Assembly (NCBI GenBank): GCA_012513605.1
Contig: JAAZBV010000011.1
Location: 80-64,079 of the forward strand
Origin: Desulfatiglans sp.
Lineage (GTDB): Bacteria; Desulfobacterota; DSM-4660; Desulfatiglandales; HGW-15
Reading direction: 5' to 3'
DNA length: 64,000 nucleotides
Numbering within the stretch: the first letter of the stretch is position 1; every line of letters begins with the position of its first letter. The notes under the pieces were generated by a model that saw nothing but the letters and a program-made list of their open reading frames with translations, did not search any database and was not told where the DNA came from. Positions 48,904-59,437 of the stretch are shown piece after piece. The position numbers and the translations under genes were made by a program.

Positions 48904-50685
48904 TTATCTTACTGAAAGGCCCAGCTCCTTAAGCTGTGCGTCATCCACTCCTGAGGGTGCATTTGTCATAAGACAAGACGCGCTTGATGTCTTCGGGAAG
49001 GCAATAACCTCCCTTATGGAATCAGCCCCGGACATAATGGCAGCAAGCCTGTCAAACCCTATTGCCATTCCGCCATGCGGAGGTGCCCCGTATTTTAAGG
49101 CCTCAAGCAGGAAGCCGAACTTCATCTCAGCCTCTGCCTTTGAAATTCCGAGCAGATTAAATATCATCTCCTGCATCATGGTATCATGGATACGGATGCT
49201 CCCGCCCCCTATCTCAACCCCGTTCAATATCAGGTCATAGGCCCTTGCCCTTACCCTGCCCGGATCACTTTCCAGCGCTGACAGGTCTTCATGCAGAGGC
49301 GAAGTAAAGGGATGATGCATAGCCTGAAAACGCCCTTCCTCCTCATTATATTCCAGGAGCGGAAACTTTGTTACCCAGAGGAAGCTGAATTCATCCTTCC
49401 CTATAAGGTTTAATCTTGATGCAATATTGAGCCTTAGTGCGCTTAATGCCTGATTCACAATACTCTTTTTATCTGCCACAAGCAGAATAAGGTCGCCAGG
49501 CGCCGCATCAAATGCAGTTTCAACAGCCTTTTGTTCATGCTCCTTTAAAAATTTTGCAATGGGCGACTGCCACGGCCCGTCTGTTATCTTTATCCATGCT
49601 AACCCCTTTGCGCCGAAATCTGCGGCGTAGGCAGCAAGTTCATCTATAACCTTTCTGGAAAAGTCACTGGCTGCACCCTTTACATTGATACCCCTTACCA
49701 CGCCGCCCCTTTCGACTGTCTCCTTGAATACTTTGAATTCACACTCTTTTACCATATCAGAGATATTTTTCAGCTCAAGGCCAAACCTTGTATCAGGCTT
49801 GTCATTACCGAATCTGTCAATAGCCTCGGCATATTCCATGCGGGGTATCGGGTTAACAATATCTATGTCAAGGATCTCCTTGAAAAGCCTCCTCACCATA
49901 CCCTCAAATATTCCCATTACATCATCTTCATTCACAAATGACATCTCAAGATCCACCTGGGTAAATTCAGGCTGCCTGTCAGCGCGCAGGTCTTCATCCC
50001 TGAAACAACGCACGATCTGGTAATATTTTTCAAAACCTGCCACCATAAGAAGCTGCTTAAATAGCTGTGGCGACTGTGGGAGCGCAAAAAACATACCCTT
50101 GTTTATCCTGCTGGGCACAAGGTAATCCCTGGCCCCTTCAGGGGTGCTCTTTGTAAGTATTGGCGTTTCAACCTCTAGAAAACCCATTTTATTGAGATAA
50201 TCTCTTATACTAACTGCCATAAGATGCCGTCTCTTGAAGTTCTGGAATATCTTTGGCCTCCTGAGTTCAAGATACCTGTACTTGAGCCTGAGTGTCTCTG
50301 ATGCATCAACAGTGCCGTCTATCTGGAATGGCGGCACCTCTGTCCTGTTGAGTATCTTCAGTTCTGTTGCAACAAGCTCAATATCGCCTGTTGGCATGTT
50401 TTTGTTTTCCTGGCCCTTAAGCCTCTTTACAACCTTTCCCTTTACGGCTATGACCCATTCACTCCTTAAAATACGGGCCTTTTCATGGCATTCACTATTT
50501 TTCTGAGGGTCAAATACTATCTGGGTTATGCCATCCCTGTCTCGCAGATCAATAAAAATAAGGTTGCCCAGGTCACGTCTCACATTCACCCAGCCCATTA
50601 AAATGGCCTCTTTACCCTCATCCTCAGCCCTTAAGCCGCCACAGTCATGGCTCCTTTTCCAGTCATTAAGTGTATCTATGTTCAT
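48904..50685 (-). CDS. aspS: Aspartate--tRNA ligase
   Basis: Class II motifs 'FRDEDLRADRQPEFTQVD' and 'GGMAIGFDRL'. 593 aa. Confidence 0.96.
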   Translation of the reverse strand: MNIDTLNDWKRSHDCGGLRAEDEGKEAILMGWVNVRRDLGNLIFIDLRDRDGITQIVFDPQKNSECHEKARILRSEWVIAVKGKVVKRLKGQENKNMPTGDIELVATELKILNRTEVPPFQIDGTVDASETLRLKYRYLELRRPKIFQNFKRRHLMAVSIRDYLNKMGFLEVETPILTKSTPEGARDYLVPSRINKGMFFALPQSPQLFKQLLMVAGFEKYYQIVRCFRDEDLRADRQPEFTQVDLEMSFVNEDDVMGIFEGMVRRLFKEILDIDIVNPIPRMEYAEAIDRFGNDKPDTRFGLELKNISDMVKECEFKVFKETVERGGVVRGINVKGAASDFSRKVIDELAAYAADFGAKGLAWIKITDGPWQSPIAKFLKEHEQKAVETAFDAAPGDLILLVADKKSIVNQALSALRLNIASRLNLIGKDEFSFLWVTKFPLLEYNEEEGRFQAMHHPFTSPLHEDLSALESDPGRVRARAYDLILNGVEIGGGSIRIHDTMMQEMIFNLLGISKAEAEMKFGFLLEALKYGAPPHGGMAIGFDRLAAIMSGADSIREVIAFPKTSSASCLMTNAPSGVDDAQLKELGLSVR

Positions 50686-50700
50686 ATATTCTTCCTGTTT

Positions 50701-51957
50701 CTATTTTAATATTTTTACCAGGTTCTGGATGAGATCAGTGATGGGAATCTCCTCCTGCGCCTTTGTTACCATGTCCCTTAACACCAACTTACCCTTTGAG
50801 AGCTCATCTTCACCGGCAATGAGTACCCTCTTTGCATTGAGTTTATCCGCCTTTTTCATCTGCGCCTTTAGCCCCTTTGCCTCATACTCCATTTCCACTG
50901 AAATATCTTTCTTGCGCAGGGTGTCGGCCCATATAAAACCCTTTCTAAACGCCTCGTCTCCCAGGGCAATGATAAAGAGATCAGGCACATCACTTAAAGG
51001 CTTTTTCTCCTCTTCAAGTAATGCTGCAAGCCTTTCAAAACCGATAGCAAACCCCATCCCCGAATGGGGAGGGCCATCGAGCTGGCTTATAAGGCCATCA
51101 TACCTGCCACCGCCAGCCACTGCGCTCTGTGCGCCTAATCTATCGGTCTGTATCTCAAATGTGGTGCGTGAATAGTAATCAAGCCCTCTCACCAGAAGCT
51201 TATTAACAATATAGGTTATACCCAGCTCATCAAGGTGCCTCTTAACAGCCTCAAAATGGTTTTTGCACTCATCACATATGTTGTCCAGCATCACTGGCGC
51301 CCCTGTCATGGCCTCTTTGCATGAATCGATCTTGCAGTCAAAGACCCTTAATGGATTAAGCTCAGACCTCCTCTGACATTCGCCGCACAACTCTCCTGCC
51401 CTGTCAGATAGAAAGCCCTTTAACCTGTTTTTGAACTCACCCCGGCATGATGAACACCCCAGGGAATTTATGTTAAGCGTCACATCCGTTAACCCTACCC
51501 TCTCAAAGATACGGATTGCCATTGTAATCAGCTCTGCATCTGACCTGGGGCCCGGGTCGCCGAAGAGCTCGGCGTTAATCTGGTGAAACTGCCTGAATCT
51601 CCCCTTCTGTGGCCTCTCATGCCTGAACATAGGGCCTATGGAAAAGAGCTTCTGTACCGGATTTAACTGGTAAAGCCTGTGCTCTATGTATGCCCTTACA
51701 ACCGATGCTGTTGCCTCTGGCCTTAAGGTCTGGTTCCTGCCCTTGCTGTCAGGAATGGTGTACATCTCCTTTGAAACGATATCTGTCTCCTCCCCTATTC
51801 CCCTGGTAAACAGCTCTGTCCACTCAAGGAGAGGTGTTCTTATCTCCTTAAAACCAAACACTCTGAAAACATCCCGTGCGTTCTTTTCTATCCATTGCCA
51901 GAGCGGTGTCTCGTGAGGCAAAATATCCTTGAAACCTTTTATTGTAGCGATACTCAA
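50701..51957 (-). CDS. hisS: Histidine--tRNA ligase
   Basis: 'MFRHERPQKGRFRQFHQ', 'AVAGGGRYDGL', 'GFAIGFERL'. TTG start with AAGGAGA upstream. Confidence 0.95.
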   Translation of the reverse strand: MSIATIKGFKDILPHETPLWQWIEKNARDVFRVFGFKEIRTPLLEWTELFTRGIGEETDIVSKEMYTIPDSKGRNQTLRPEATASVVRAYIEHRLYQLNPVQKLFSIGPMFRHERPQKGRFRQFHQINAELFGDPGPRSDAELITMAIRIFERVGLTDVTLNINSLGCSSCRGEFKNRLKGFLSDRAGELCGECQRRSELNPLRVFDCKIDSCKEAMTGAPVMLDNICDECKNHFEAVKRHLDELGITYIVNKLLVRGLDYYSRTTFEIQTDRLGAQSAVAGGGRYDGLISQLDGPPHSGMGFAIGFERLAALLEEEKKPLSDVPDLFIIALGDEAFRKGFIWADTLRKKDISVEMEYEAKGLKAQMKKADKLNAKRVLIAGEDELSKGKLVLRDMVTKAQEEIPITDLIQNLVKILK

Positions 51958-52012
51958 ATTATATTCTCCTTAATTGATACTAAAAATGCTTTCAACTTTC
52001 AGCCTTCAGCTA

Positions 52013-53389
52013 TTAGATACGTTTCAATGGACCTTTTCCTATTGAAAAGACATTAAAGCCTGTCTCATAAAGTTTTTTATGATCCAGGATATTCCTTCCG
52101 TCAAATAAAAAGGCGGGTTTTTCCATTGAATCATATATGCGTTTGTAATCAAGCCCTTTATACACTCCCCATTCAGTAAGGATGGCTATGGCGTGACTGC
52201 CCTCAGCTGCCCTGTAAGGGTCTTCCTCATAGGTTATGTATTCCTTTATATCAGCAAGCTCCTTTTTAGCATTGATAATAGCCTTCGGGTCTGAGATAAC
52301 CACATTGGCCCGCTCCTCAACAAGCCCCCTTGTTACATATATTGCAGGGGACTCCCTTGTATCTCCAGTATCCGCCTTGAATGCAAAACCAAACAGGGCA
52401 ATCTTTTTACCTGCTATCGTATTGAACATGTTAACAAGGATATTCTGCACAAATCTCTTCTCCTGCCACTCATTGATCTTTACCACTGATTCCCAGTAGT
52501 CAGCCACCTCTATCAGGCCGTAACTCCGGCATATATAGACAAGGTTCAGTATATCCTTTTTAAAGCAGGATCCGCCAAAGCCTACACTCGGCTTTAAGAA
52601 TTTACTGCCAATACGGGAATCAGTGCCTATTGCATAGGCCACTTCATTTATATCCGCCTCTGTCTTTTCACAGAGTGCGGAAAGGGAGTTTATGGATGAA
52701 ATGCGCTGGGCAAGGAAGGCATTAGCCGTAAGTTTTGAGAGCTCTGCACTCCAGACGTTTGACTCTATGATCCTTTCACGTGGTATCCAGTTGGCATAGA
52801 TATCCACAAGCTCTTTTCTGGCCCTTATACCAGACTCTGTCTCTCTTGAACCGATAAGTACCCTGTCAGGGGCCTCAAGGTCTTTTATTGCTGTGCCTTC
52901 AGCTAAAAATTCCGGATTTGAGAGCACCTCAAAGCTTATGCCACTGTCATTACTGTTCAGTATCCTCTCCATTGCCCTGGCGGTTCTTATGGGAAGGGTG
53001 GATTTTTCAACTACTATTTTATCACTGTCAGAGTTGGCAAGTATCTGCCTTGCGGTCTTTTCCCAGTACTGGAGGTCAGCTGCCATGCCTGCCCCCTGTC
53101 CAAAGCTCTTGGTCGGGGTATTTACAGAGACAAAGATGATATCTGCCTCTTTTATGTTCCTGTCTATCTCTGTGGAAAAGAACAGGTTCCTGTCTCTTGC
53201 CTCCTTTACAACGGGAAGAAGTCCTGGTTCATATATAGGGAGATTATCCGACTGCCACTCCCTGATTCGCTGCTCATTTATATCAACAACTGTAACCCTG
53301 TACTGAGGGCACTTGAGCGCAATCATGGCCATTGTAGGCCCCCCCACATATCCTGCGCCTATGCAGAGTATTTTCCTTTTGAAATTCAT
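52013..53389 (-). CDS. ugd: UDP-glucose 6-dehydrogenase
   Basis: 'ILCIGAGYVGGPT' and catalytic 'GFGGSCFKKD'. Confidence 0.92.
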   Translation of the reverse strand: MNFKRKILCIGAGYVGGPTMAMIALKCPQYRVTVVDINEQRIREWQSDNLPIYEPGLLPVVKEARDRNLFFSTEIDRNIKEADIIFVSVNTPTKSFGQGAGMAADLQYWEKTARQILANSDSDKIVVEKSTLPIRTARAMERILNSNDSGISFEVLSNPEFLAEGTAIKDLEAPDRVLIGSRETESGIRARKELVDIYANWIPRERIIESNVWSAELSKLTANAFLAQRISSINSLSALCEKTEADINEVAYAIGTDSRIGSKFLKPSVGFGGSCFKKDILNLVYICRSYGLIEVADYWESVVKINEWQEKRFVQNILVNMFNTIAGKKIALFGFAFKADTGDTRESPAIYVTRGLVEERANVVISDPKAIINAKKELADIKEYITYEEDPYRAAEGSHAIAILTEWGVYKGLDYKRIYDSMEKPAFLFDGRNILDHKKLYETGFNVFSIGKGPLKRI

Positions 53390-53424
53390 GATATCTCCTT
53401 TATGCGGTTGGTTAAAAGGCTTTA

Positions 53425-54480
53425 TTATTTTACTTTAAAAAAATCAATATACCACTTTACAAACCTCTCAACGCCATCTACCACATTTACACTGGGTGCA
53501 TAACCCAGATCCTTTACAAGGTCATCCACATCAGCCCATGTTGCAGGCACATCACCTGCCTGCATGGGCATAAAATTCTTCTTTGCCTCTTTTCCCAGGG
53601 CCTTTTCAATGGCCTTTATAAAATCCATGAGGTTGACTGGCGAATTATTCCCGATATTGTACACCTTGTATGGCGCAGGAGAAGAAGATGGATCAGGCTC
53701 CTTTCCGCTCCATTCGCTATTACCCCCGGGAGGATGATCCAGCACCTTTACTATACCGGTAACAATATCATCAATATATGTGAAATCCCTTTTCATATTG
53801 CCATTATTAAATACATCTATGGGGCTCCCCTCGATGATCGCCTTTGTGAAAAGGAAAAGGGCCATATCAGGCCTCCCCCAGGGGCCATACACAGTAAAAA
53901 ACCTGAGCCCGGTAGTAGGTATGCGGTATAAATGGCTGTATGTATGGGCCATCAACTCATTTGCCTTTTTAGTGGCCGCATAGAGTGAAATAGGGTGATC
54001 AACATTATCATGTGTGGAAAATGGGTAATTTTCATTCAGGCCATAAACTGAGCTTGAAGAAGCATAAGCAAGGTGCTTTACACTGTTATACCTGCAGCAC
54101 TCAAGAATATTTATAAACCCTGCAATGTTTGAATCTATATAGGCATAAGGGTTTGTGAGAGAATACCTGACTCCTGCCTGTGCAGCAAGGTGGCAGACCA
54201 TATCATATTTTTCTGCCAGAAAGATACTTTCAATCCCTTTTCTATCCTCAAGGTTCATCTTTATAAAGCCGTAACCGGAATATTTTTTACTGTATGTCAT
54301 TTTTCCGGGCACAATATCCTGCCTGTCGATACCGGCCCGCTCCAGCCTACCATACTTAACATTAACATCATAATAGTCATTTATGCTGTCCAGACCTGTT
54401 ACCTTATCTCCCCTGTCAAGAAGCCTTATGGCCACATGAGAACCAATAAAACCCGCAGTACCTGTAACAAGTATCTTCAT
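53425..54480 (-). CDS. NAD-dependent epimerase, UDP-glucuronate 4-epimerase-like
   Basis: 'MKILVTGTAGFIGSH' and 'YAATKKANE' (YxxxK). I place the start at the second ATG (54480, AAGGGAG ribosome-binding site) rather than the track start at 54504. Confidence 0.9.
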   Translation of the reverse strand: MKILVTGTAGFIGSHVAIRLLDRGDKVTGLDSINDYYDVNVKYGRLERAGIDRQDIVPGKMTYSKKYSGYGFIKMNLEDRKGIESIFLAEKYDMVCHLAAQAGVRYSLTNPYAYIDSNIAGFINILECCRYNSVKHLAYASSSSVYGLNENYPFSTHDNVDHPISLYAATKKANELMAHTYSHLYRIPTTGLRFFTVYGPWGRPDMALFLFTKAIIEGSPIDVFNNGNMKRDFTYIDDIVTGIVKVLDHPPGGNSEWSGKEPDPSSSPAPYKVYNIGNNSPVNLMDFIKAIEKALGKEAKKNFMPMQAGDVPATWADVDDLVKDLGYAPSVNVVDGVERFVKWYIDFFKVK

Positions 54481-54736
54481 TTTATCTCCCTTAAAATAGA
54501 TCATTTAAAATAAGTTTTGGAAGCTTATCAGATAAGATAAATCATGTCTAATTATTTCAGATATTAAAAGGGTTTAAGCATGCCTATGGCAATTTCCTTC
54601 TGTTTTAAAACCTGTTATTTTATTCATTAGAGGATAAAACAGAGATTAGCTAAAAAATGATTGAAAAAAAAAGTCTGTACAGGTAAAAGACTATCCGTCT
54701 TTATTTTTCTATACAGGATGAACAAGGGGCAAAAGA

Positions 54737-54973
54737 ATGGATGTAATCAATGAATTTTTTGAATGTAAAGAGTGTGGCGGCAGGGATTTTCTCAGGATCT
54801 ATCACTTCTCACTCCGTTTTCACAGTGTCAACTTTTCAGATTCACTGGTATATGATCGCCTGGTCGATGAGGTCTACCAGTGTAACGACTGTAAAAAAAC
54901 ATACAGCATTGATCAGATTGATGAGGTACTGGAAGCCATAAAGGCAAGGCATAAAAACACGGATCTGGAATAG
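54737..54973 (+). CDS. Small zinc-ribbon protein (78 aa)
   Basis: 'CKECGG ... CNDCKK' pair of CxxC knuckles. Plausible ribosome-binding site. Confidence 0.55.
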   Translation: MDVINEFFECKECGGRDFLRIYHFSLRFHSVNFSDSLVYDRLVDEVYQCNDCKKTYSIDQIDEVLEAIKARHKNTDLE

Positions 54974-54974
54974 C

Positions 54975-55010
54975 AAAAAAAGCGGGGTTCTTACAAATGA
55001 ACCCCGCCAT
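54975..55010. terminator. Terminator hairpin at the end of the minus-strand signalling operon
   Basis: 'aaaaaaagcggggttc-ttacaaat-gaaccccgc', a 9-bp stem that gives a U-run on the minus-strand transcript. Confidence 0.75.
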
Positions 55011-55040
55011 CAAATAATATCTTCACAGATATCTGACGGG

Positions 55041-55769
55041 TTATTTCTCACCGCTCTTATAATAGAATTGAAATTTATATTTTCCTATTTCTATATTATC
55101 AAACTCGTTCAGTTGAAGGCTCTCTTTAATGATCTTGCCATTTACCTTGAGCTTTCCTTCCATTGATGTAATTACATAGCCTGTCGGTCGTTTACTTATA
55201 GTCGCAGCGGTGGCCGGCATAAAAAAACCTGTAAGTTGTATTTCAGATGTTTCTGCCTTTCCGATCTTTGTGAGTTTTTTACTCAACTCGATTTCACCCA
55301 TTTCAGCATGGCCGATAAAACTGATCATTCCTGTCTTCTGGGCTGTTGCCGCAGCGACCTGAACACCCGGCTGTTTGGCAAGAAGCTCCTTCTGCTTTGC
55401 AGTGTCAAGCATCATTGTCTTATCCATGTCTATCTTGGTCTCAGGTGTGGCTATTTTAACGGCCTGGCCATCACCCACAAAAAGGATACGATGCTTGCCA
55501 ATAATGATATTATCTCCATGTGCAAGTTTATGGGATACTATCTTCTTGTCATTTACAAATGTGCCGTTGGTGCTCTGAAGATCAGTAAGGATATATTCCT
55601 TTCCTGCGACATCTATCCTTGCGTGGTAACCTGAAACAGCAAGGTTATCCACTGTAATTACATTGTCCTCATTACGACCTATTGTGATGCTCTCTTTCTT
55701 TAGAGGATATTCTTTAACTACCTGATTATTAAACATCAAGATAAGTCTGGCCATTATTATCTCCCTCAA
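55041..55769 (-). CDS. Double FHA-domain protein
   Basis: N-terminal canonical FHA 'ITIGRNEDN...SGYHARI...STNGTFVND'. The C-terminal half has a second, more divergent FHA-like unit: 'TKIGKAETSEIQL...KVNGKII...IEIGKYKF'. Confidence 0.9.
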   Translation of the reverse strand: MREIIMARLILMFNNQVVKEYPLKKESITIGRNEDNVITVDNLAVSGYHARIDVAGKEYILTDLQSTNGTFVNDKKIVSHKLAHGDNIIIGKHRILFVGDGQAVKIATPETKIDMDKTMMLDTAKQKELLAKQPGVQVAAATAQKTGMISFIGHAEMGEIELSKKLTKIGKAETSEIQLTGFFMPATAATISKRPTGYVITSMEGKLKVNGKIIKESLQLNEFDNIEIGKYKFQFYYKSGEK

Positions 55770-55818
55770 TATGAATTGTTATATATTATTCTTATTTTAA
55801 TATAAATAGCAATAACTA

Positions 55819-56688
55819 TTATTTAAACAGCATTATTTTTTTACCCGCCTTATGTACCACCACTGAAATATCAGAGAGTATATAGGAAATCCTGCTCATA
55901 AGACCACGCCTGGGCTTTGCCAGATCAGACAGGAAAACCGATACAATAGTTGTATTGTCATGGGCTCCCCTGTCAAGTACTGTACGTATAAAATTCCTGC
56001 ATAAATTCTCCGGGTCAATTGAGTCTTCTATCATCTCCCGGATTTCTTCATCATTCATCAGGTCTGTTAACCCGTCAGAACAGATTACAAAACGGTCATT
56101 ACCTGACGGGTCTATCTCGTAAATCTCCGGTTCAACACTTTCAGATGACCCCAGGTTCCTGGTAAGGATATGTTTCATGGATGAAAGTGAGGCATCTTCC
56201 TCGGTCATCATCCCCAGCGCAACCTGCTCTGCGACAATAGTGTGATCCTTTGAAAGCATTTCAATTTCACCATCCCTTAACATATATATACGGCTGTCAC
56301 CCACATTTGCAGCTATGATCATGGATGGGGTGACAAGGAGCACAACAACTGTGGTACCCATACCCTGATATTGCTTCTTTTCAAGGGCCATCTCATAAAC
56401 AACCCTGTTTGCAAGGCGTATCCCCCCAAGGATATAATTTCCCTCCCTTGAAAGCGAATCATCAGGTCCGCCGTAAATATCATCTGCGCTGGCATCCTCC
56501 TCCAGCCATCTTTTGTAACTTCTGTTTATTATATCTACAGAAATATGGCTTGCTATCTCTCCTGCCAGATGCCCTCCCATGCCATCAGCCACAATATAGA
56601 GGCCAAGAGAATCATCAACAGAAAAGGAATCCTCATTACCTTCTCTTTTAAGGCCTACATCGGTTATGCCTGATGATTTTATCAGCAA
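55819..56688 (-). CDS. PP2C-family Ser/Thr phosphatase
   Basis: 'GLKREGNEDSF', 'VADGMGGHLAGE', 'ICSDGLTD', 'GAHDNTT'. TTG start in the track, so the start is uncertain. Confidence 0.9.
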   Translation of the reverse strand: MLIKSSGITDVGLKREGNEDSFSVDDSLGLYIVADGMGGHLAGEIASHISVDIINRSYKRWLEEDASADDIYGGPDDSLSREGNYILGGIRLANRVVYEMALEKKQYQGMGTTVVVLLVTPSMIIAANVGDSRIYMLRDGEIEMLSKDHTIVAEQVALGMMTEEDASLSSMKHILTRNLGSSESVEPEIYEIDPSGNDRFVICSDGLTDLMNDEEIREMIEDSIDPENLCRNFIRTVLDRGAHDNTTIVSVFLSDLAKPRRGLMSRISYILSDISVVVHKAGKKIMLFK

Positions 56689-56799
56689 GTTTGAAAAACC
56701 CCGAAATCAATTATAAATACATTCAGGCCCTGAATTCTTTTATCCATACAAATAAACACAGGAAGGGCTTGTAATTCCGGCATACCATGGCAGACAGTT

Positions 56800-59313
56800 T
56801 TAAACCTGTTTTTCATCACCATTTACCTGCCCCTCCTTTTGCGTTTTCAGTTGATCCATCTTTTCGCCAAGCAATCTAAGTATGCGAGCCATCTGCCCGG
56901 CTGTCCTGAATCGTTTTGCAGGATTTTTTGCAAGCGCGCTGTCAAGTATCTGCTCGCATGCCTTAGGGATCCTGTTATTATATTCTCTGCATGATGTGTG
57001 CTGCACCTGGGTGATCTGATAAAGGAGACCGCTCAGGTTGTCACCATGAAAGGGTAATTCACCTGTGAGAAGCTGATAAAAAAGAACGCCAAGAGAGAAA
57101 ATGTCAGATTTCAGATCTATTTTCTGCCCCATAATCTGTTCAGGGGACATATAATTGGGTGTGCCCAGTATAACCCCTGTTTTGGTCTTTGATGATGATA
57201 TAGCCTTTGCTATCCCGAAGTCTGTAACCTTGACCTGCCCGTTCTTCAGAAGCATGACATTGGCCGGTTTGATGTCCCTGTGTATCACCCCATCCCTGTG
57301 GGCATAATCAAGGGCCTCTGCTATCTGTGCCACAATATTAAGCACAGTCCTGACAGGAAGCAGATTCCCCTTTTTTATAAATTTATCCAGGTCCTCCCCT
57401 TCCAGATATTCCATTGCCATGTAGGTAAGATCGCCGTCATCCCCGACATCATGTATTGTCACAATGGACTGATGGGATAATTTTCCGGCTATCTCCGCCT
57501 CCATGAAAAACCTTTCCTTTATCTCCTTGATTACATCCTCTTCAAATTCATCAGAGAACCGTATGGTTTTTATGGCCACAAGGCGGTTTATCTTAGGGTC
57601 CTGCGCCTTGTAAACAAGGCCCATTGATCCTTTTCCTATCTGGCCTATTATCTTGTACCTGCCGACCATGGTGCGTGCATTTACACTTGAATCACTGAGC
57701 ACGCTTGAGGGTTCTTTTATACCCCTGTAACTCCCCATGGTTGAGGCATAATCAGATGCCTTCAGCATTGGAATCCTCTCATCAAGGTCCCTGAAGCCCC
57801 CGCTCTTATTGATGTAAGTGTAGAGCTCAATTGCCTTTACAGGCATGTTCTTCTTTTCATATTCAAGCCCGAGATTGTAGATAAGATCCTTTGTCTCCTT
57901 ATCAAGGGGGAGTGACCTGAATTCTTCAAATGCCTCATCAAGTTCGCCCTGGCTCTGGAGATTAAGTCCCAGGATCCTGCTTGTCTCACAGGATCTTACA
58001 TTTACTGATTTGGAAGGGTCATATTTTACTGCAAGTAATAAAGAGAGCAGCACTGTCCCAAAAATCATATTGCCTGTCTTTACCCACACACCTGCAAATA
58101 AAAAGGATGCAAATACTGCCAATATCATAACCAGTATAATGGTAATAAATAATATTAGCCTTGTGGAATGCCCCTTTGATGAAGCAAGGCGGATATAGGC
58201 AAATGTGAACAAAACAAAAAAGAGTATCTCAACATAAACAAGGTATGAGGGCCTAGCTGCGGAACGGCCATTCATCATATCGAAAAACTGGTCAGCTATA
58301 AGGGCTGTACTCTTCAAAGAGAGGTCAGAGTTCTCAATACCTGAGCCAGCCAATTCAATTAAAAAAACCTTATCCTTTGTATCATGCCTCTTTTCCATGT
58401 TACCGGTAAATTTTTCATAGCCGACAGTACTGTAGCTGGTCGGCTCACCCCTGTAAGGGGTATATATCCTGCCATTAATAAGGGGAATACCCAGATCCCT
58501 TATCATTATCATTGATTCATCAGGCTTTACCTGCGCAGGTTTCAAGCCGTGATATGATATTGCCATCCTCAGGGCAATTGTCGGCACAAGTGACCCTTTA
58601 TACCCTGCATAAACAGGAAATGAGATATCATCCTGAACAGCCTTCCCATATTTACCTATAAACCCTGCCCCTGCCCTGCCAGCAATTTGCATGTGGTTAA
58701 AGGATGCAAGGGTCTCAACAGAGATAGAGTCAAGAAATGACCCATCCATCCCTGATGCATCAAGAAAATCAGGGTTTTTAATTGGGGTTGTGCCCGCGGG
58801 CATAACAGTCAAAGGTACGATTACAGGGCCTTTCAGGGCAGGTAAACCTGGTATTTGCCCCTCTTTTGCAAGCGCTCCTTCAAGCCTGTTAATGGATTCA
58901 AAAATAAAATCCCTGAACTCGGCAGGCTTTTTTTCATGAGGATACACTTTTACCTCACCAGCAAATGCCCTCACAGCCTCTATGGTTTGAACCGGCTCAT
59001 CTGTTTTTGATAGAGATACAAAGGCAATAACCTTTGCCCCCCCCTCTGAAAGGGAGTCTATCAGCTTGATACAGAGCTGACTGAAGGAATCTCCTTTATT
59101 GGCCTGTTTGTCAAAGCCTTTTGTATCAAGGCGGACAATGACCAGATCTTCACTTTTAAAAGAGCTGTTTCCACTTATTAACCCTGAACCTGCCCTGTAT
59201 AAGAAGCTGTCCACATGATCAATAAGGGGCCAGCTAAAAAAGGTGAGAATAACAAAAAGCAGCAGGATAAGTATGCCTGTAAGATAACCCGGCTTTGTTT
59301 TATTAATTGCCAT
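56800..59313 (-). CDS. CHASE2 sensor - 3 TM - TPR - Hanks-type Ser/Thr kinase (837 aa)
   Basis: N-terminal TM, an extracytoplasmic ~330-aa domain, then three TM segments (CHASE2 topology). The kinase has 'GKGSMGLVYKA', 'HRDIKPANVML', 'DFGIAK', 'GTPNYMSPE'. Confidence 0.88.
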   Translation of the reverse strand: MAINKTKPGYLTGILILLLFVILTFFSWPLIDHVDSFLYRAGSGLISGNSSFKSEDLVIVRLDTKGFDKQANKGDSFSQLCIKLIDSLSEGGAKVIAFVSLSKTDEPVQTIEAVRAFAGEVKVYPHEKKPAEFRDFIFESINRLEGALAKEGQIPGLPALKGPVIVPLTVMPAGTTPIKNPDFLDASGMDGSFLDSISVETLASFNHMQIAGRAGAGFIGKYGKAVQDDISFPVYAGYKGSLVPTIALRMAISYHGLKPAQVKPDESMIMIRDLGIPLINGRIYTPYRGEPTSYSTVGYEKFTGNMEKRHDTKDKVFLIELAGSGIENSDLSLKSTALIADQFFDMMNGRSAARPSYLVYVEILFFVLFTFAYIRLASSKGHSTRLILFITIILVMILAVFASFLFAGVWVKTGNMIFGTVLLSLLLAVKYDPSKSVNVRSCETSRILGLNLQSQGELDEAFEEFRSLPLDKETKDLIYNLGLEYEKKNMPVKAIELYTYINKSGGFRDLDERIPMLKASDYASTMGSYRGIKEPSSVLSDSSVNARTMVGRYKIIGQIGKGSMGLVYKAQDPKINRLVAIKTIRFSDEFEEDVIKEIKERFFMEAEIAGKLSHQSIVTIHDVGDDGDLTYMAMEYLEGEDLDKFIKKGNLLPVRTVLNIVAQIAEALDYAHRDGVIHRDIKPANVMLLKNGQVKVTDFGIAKAISSSKTKTGVILGTPNYMSPEQIMGQKIDLKSDIFSLGVLFYQLLTGELPFHGDNLSGLLYQITQVQHTSCREYNNRIPKACEQILDSALAKNPAKRFRTAGQMARILRLLGEKMDQLKTQKEGQVNGDEKQV

Positions 59314-59437
59314 ATCAAACTTAAATAGAGGTTACTATTCTTGAGTTAGCCTTATTAATTTCCAATTATTTAAAAGATGTATCAAAACAACAAGTTATTG
59401 TCAAAAAAAAACATTTTTATTAAGATCAGCAGAATCC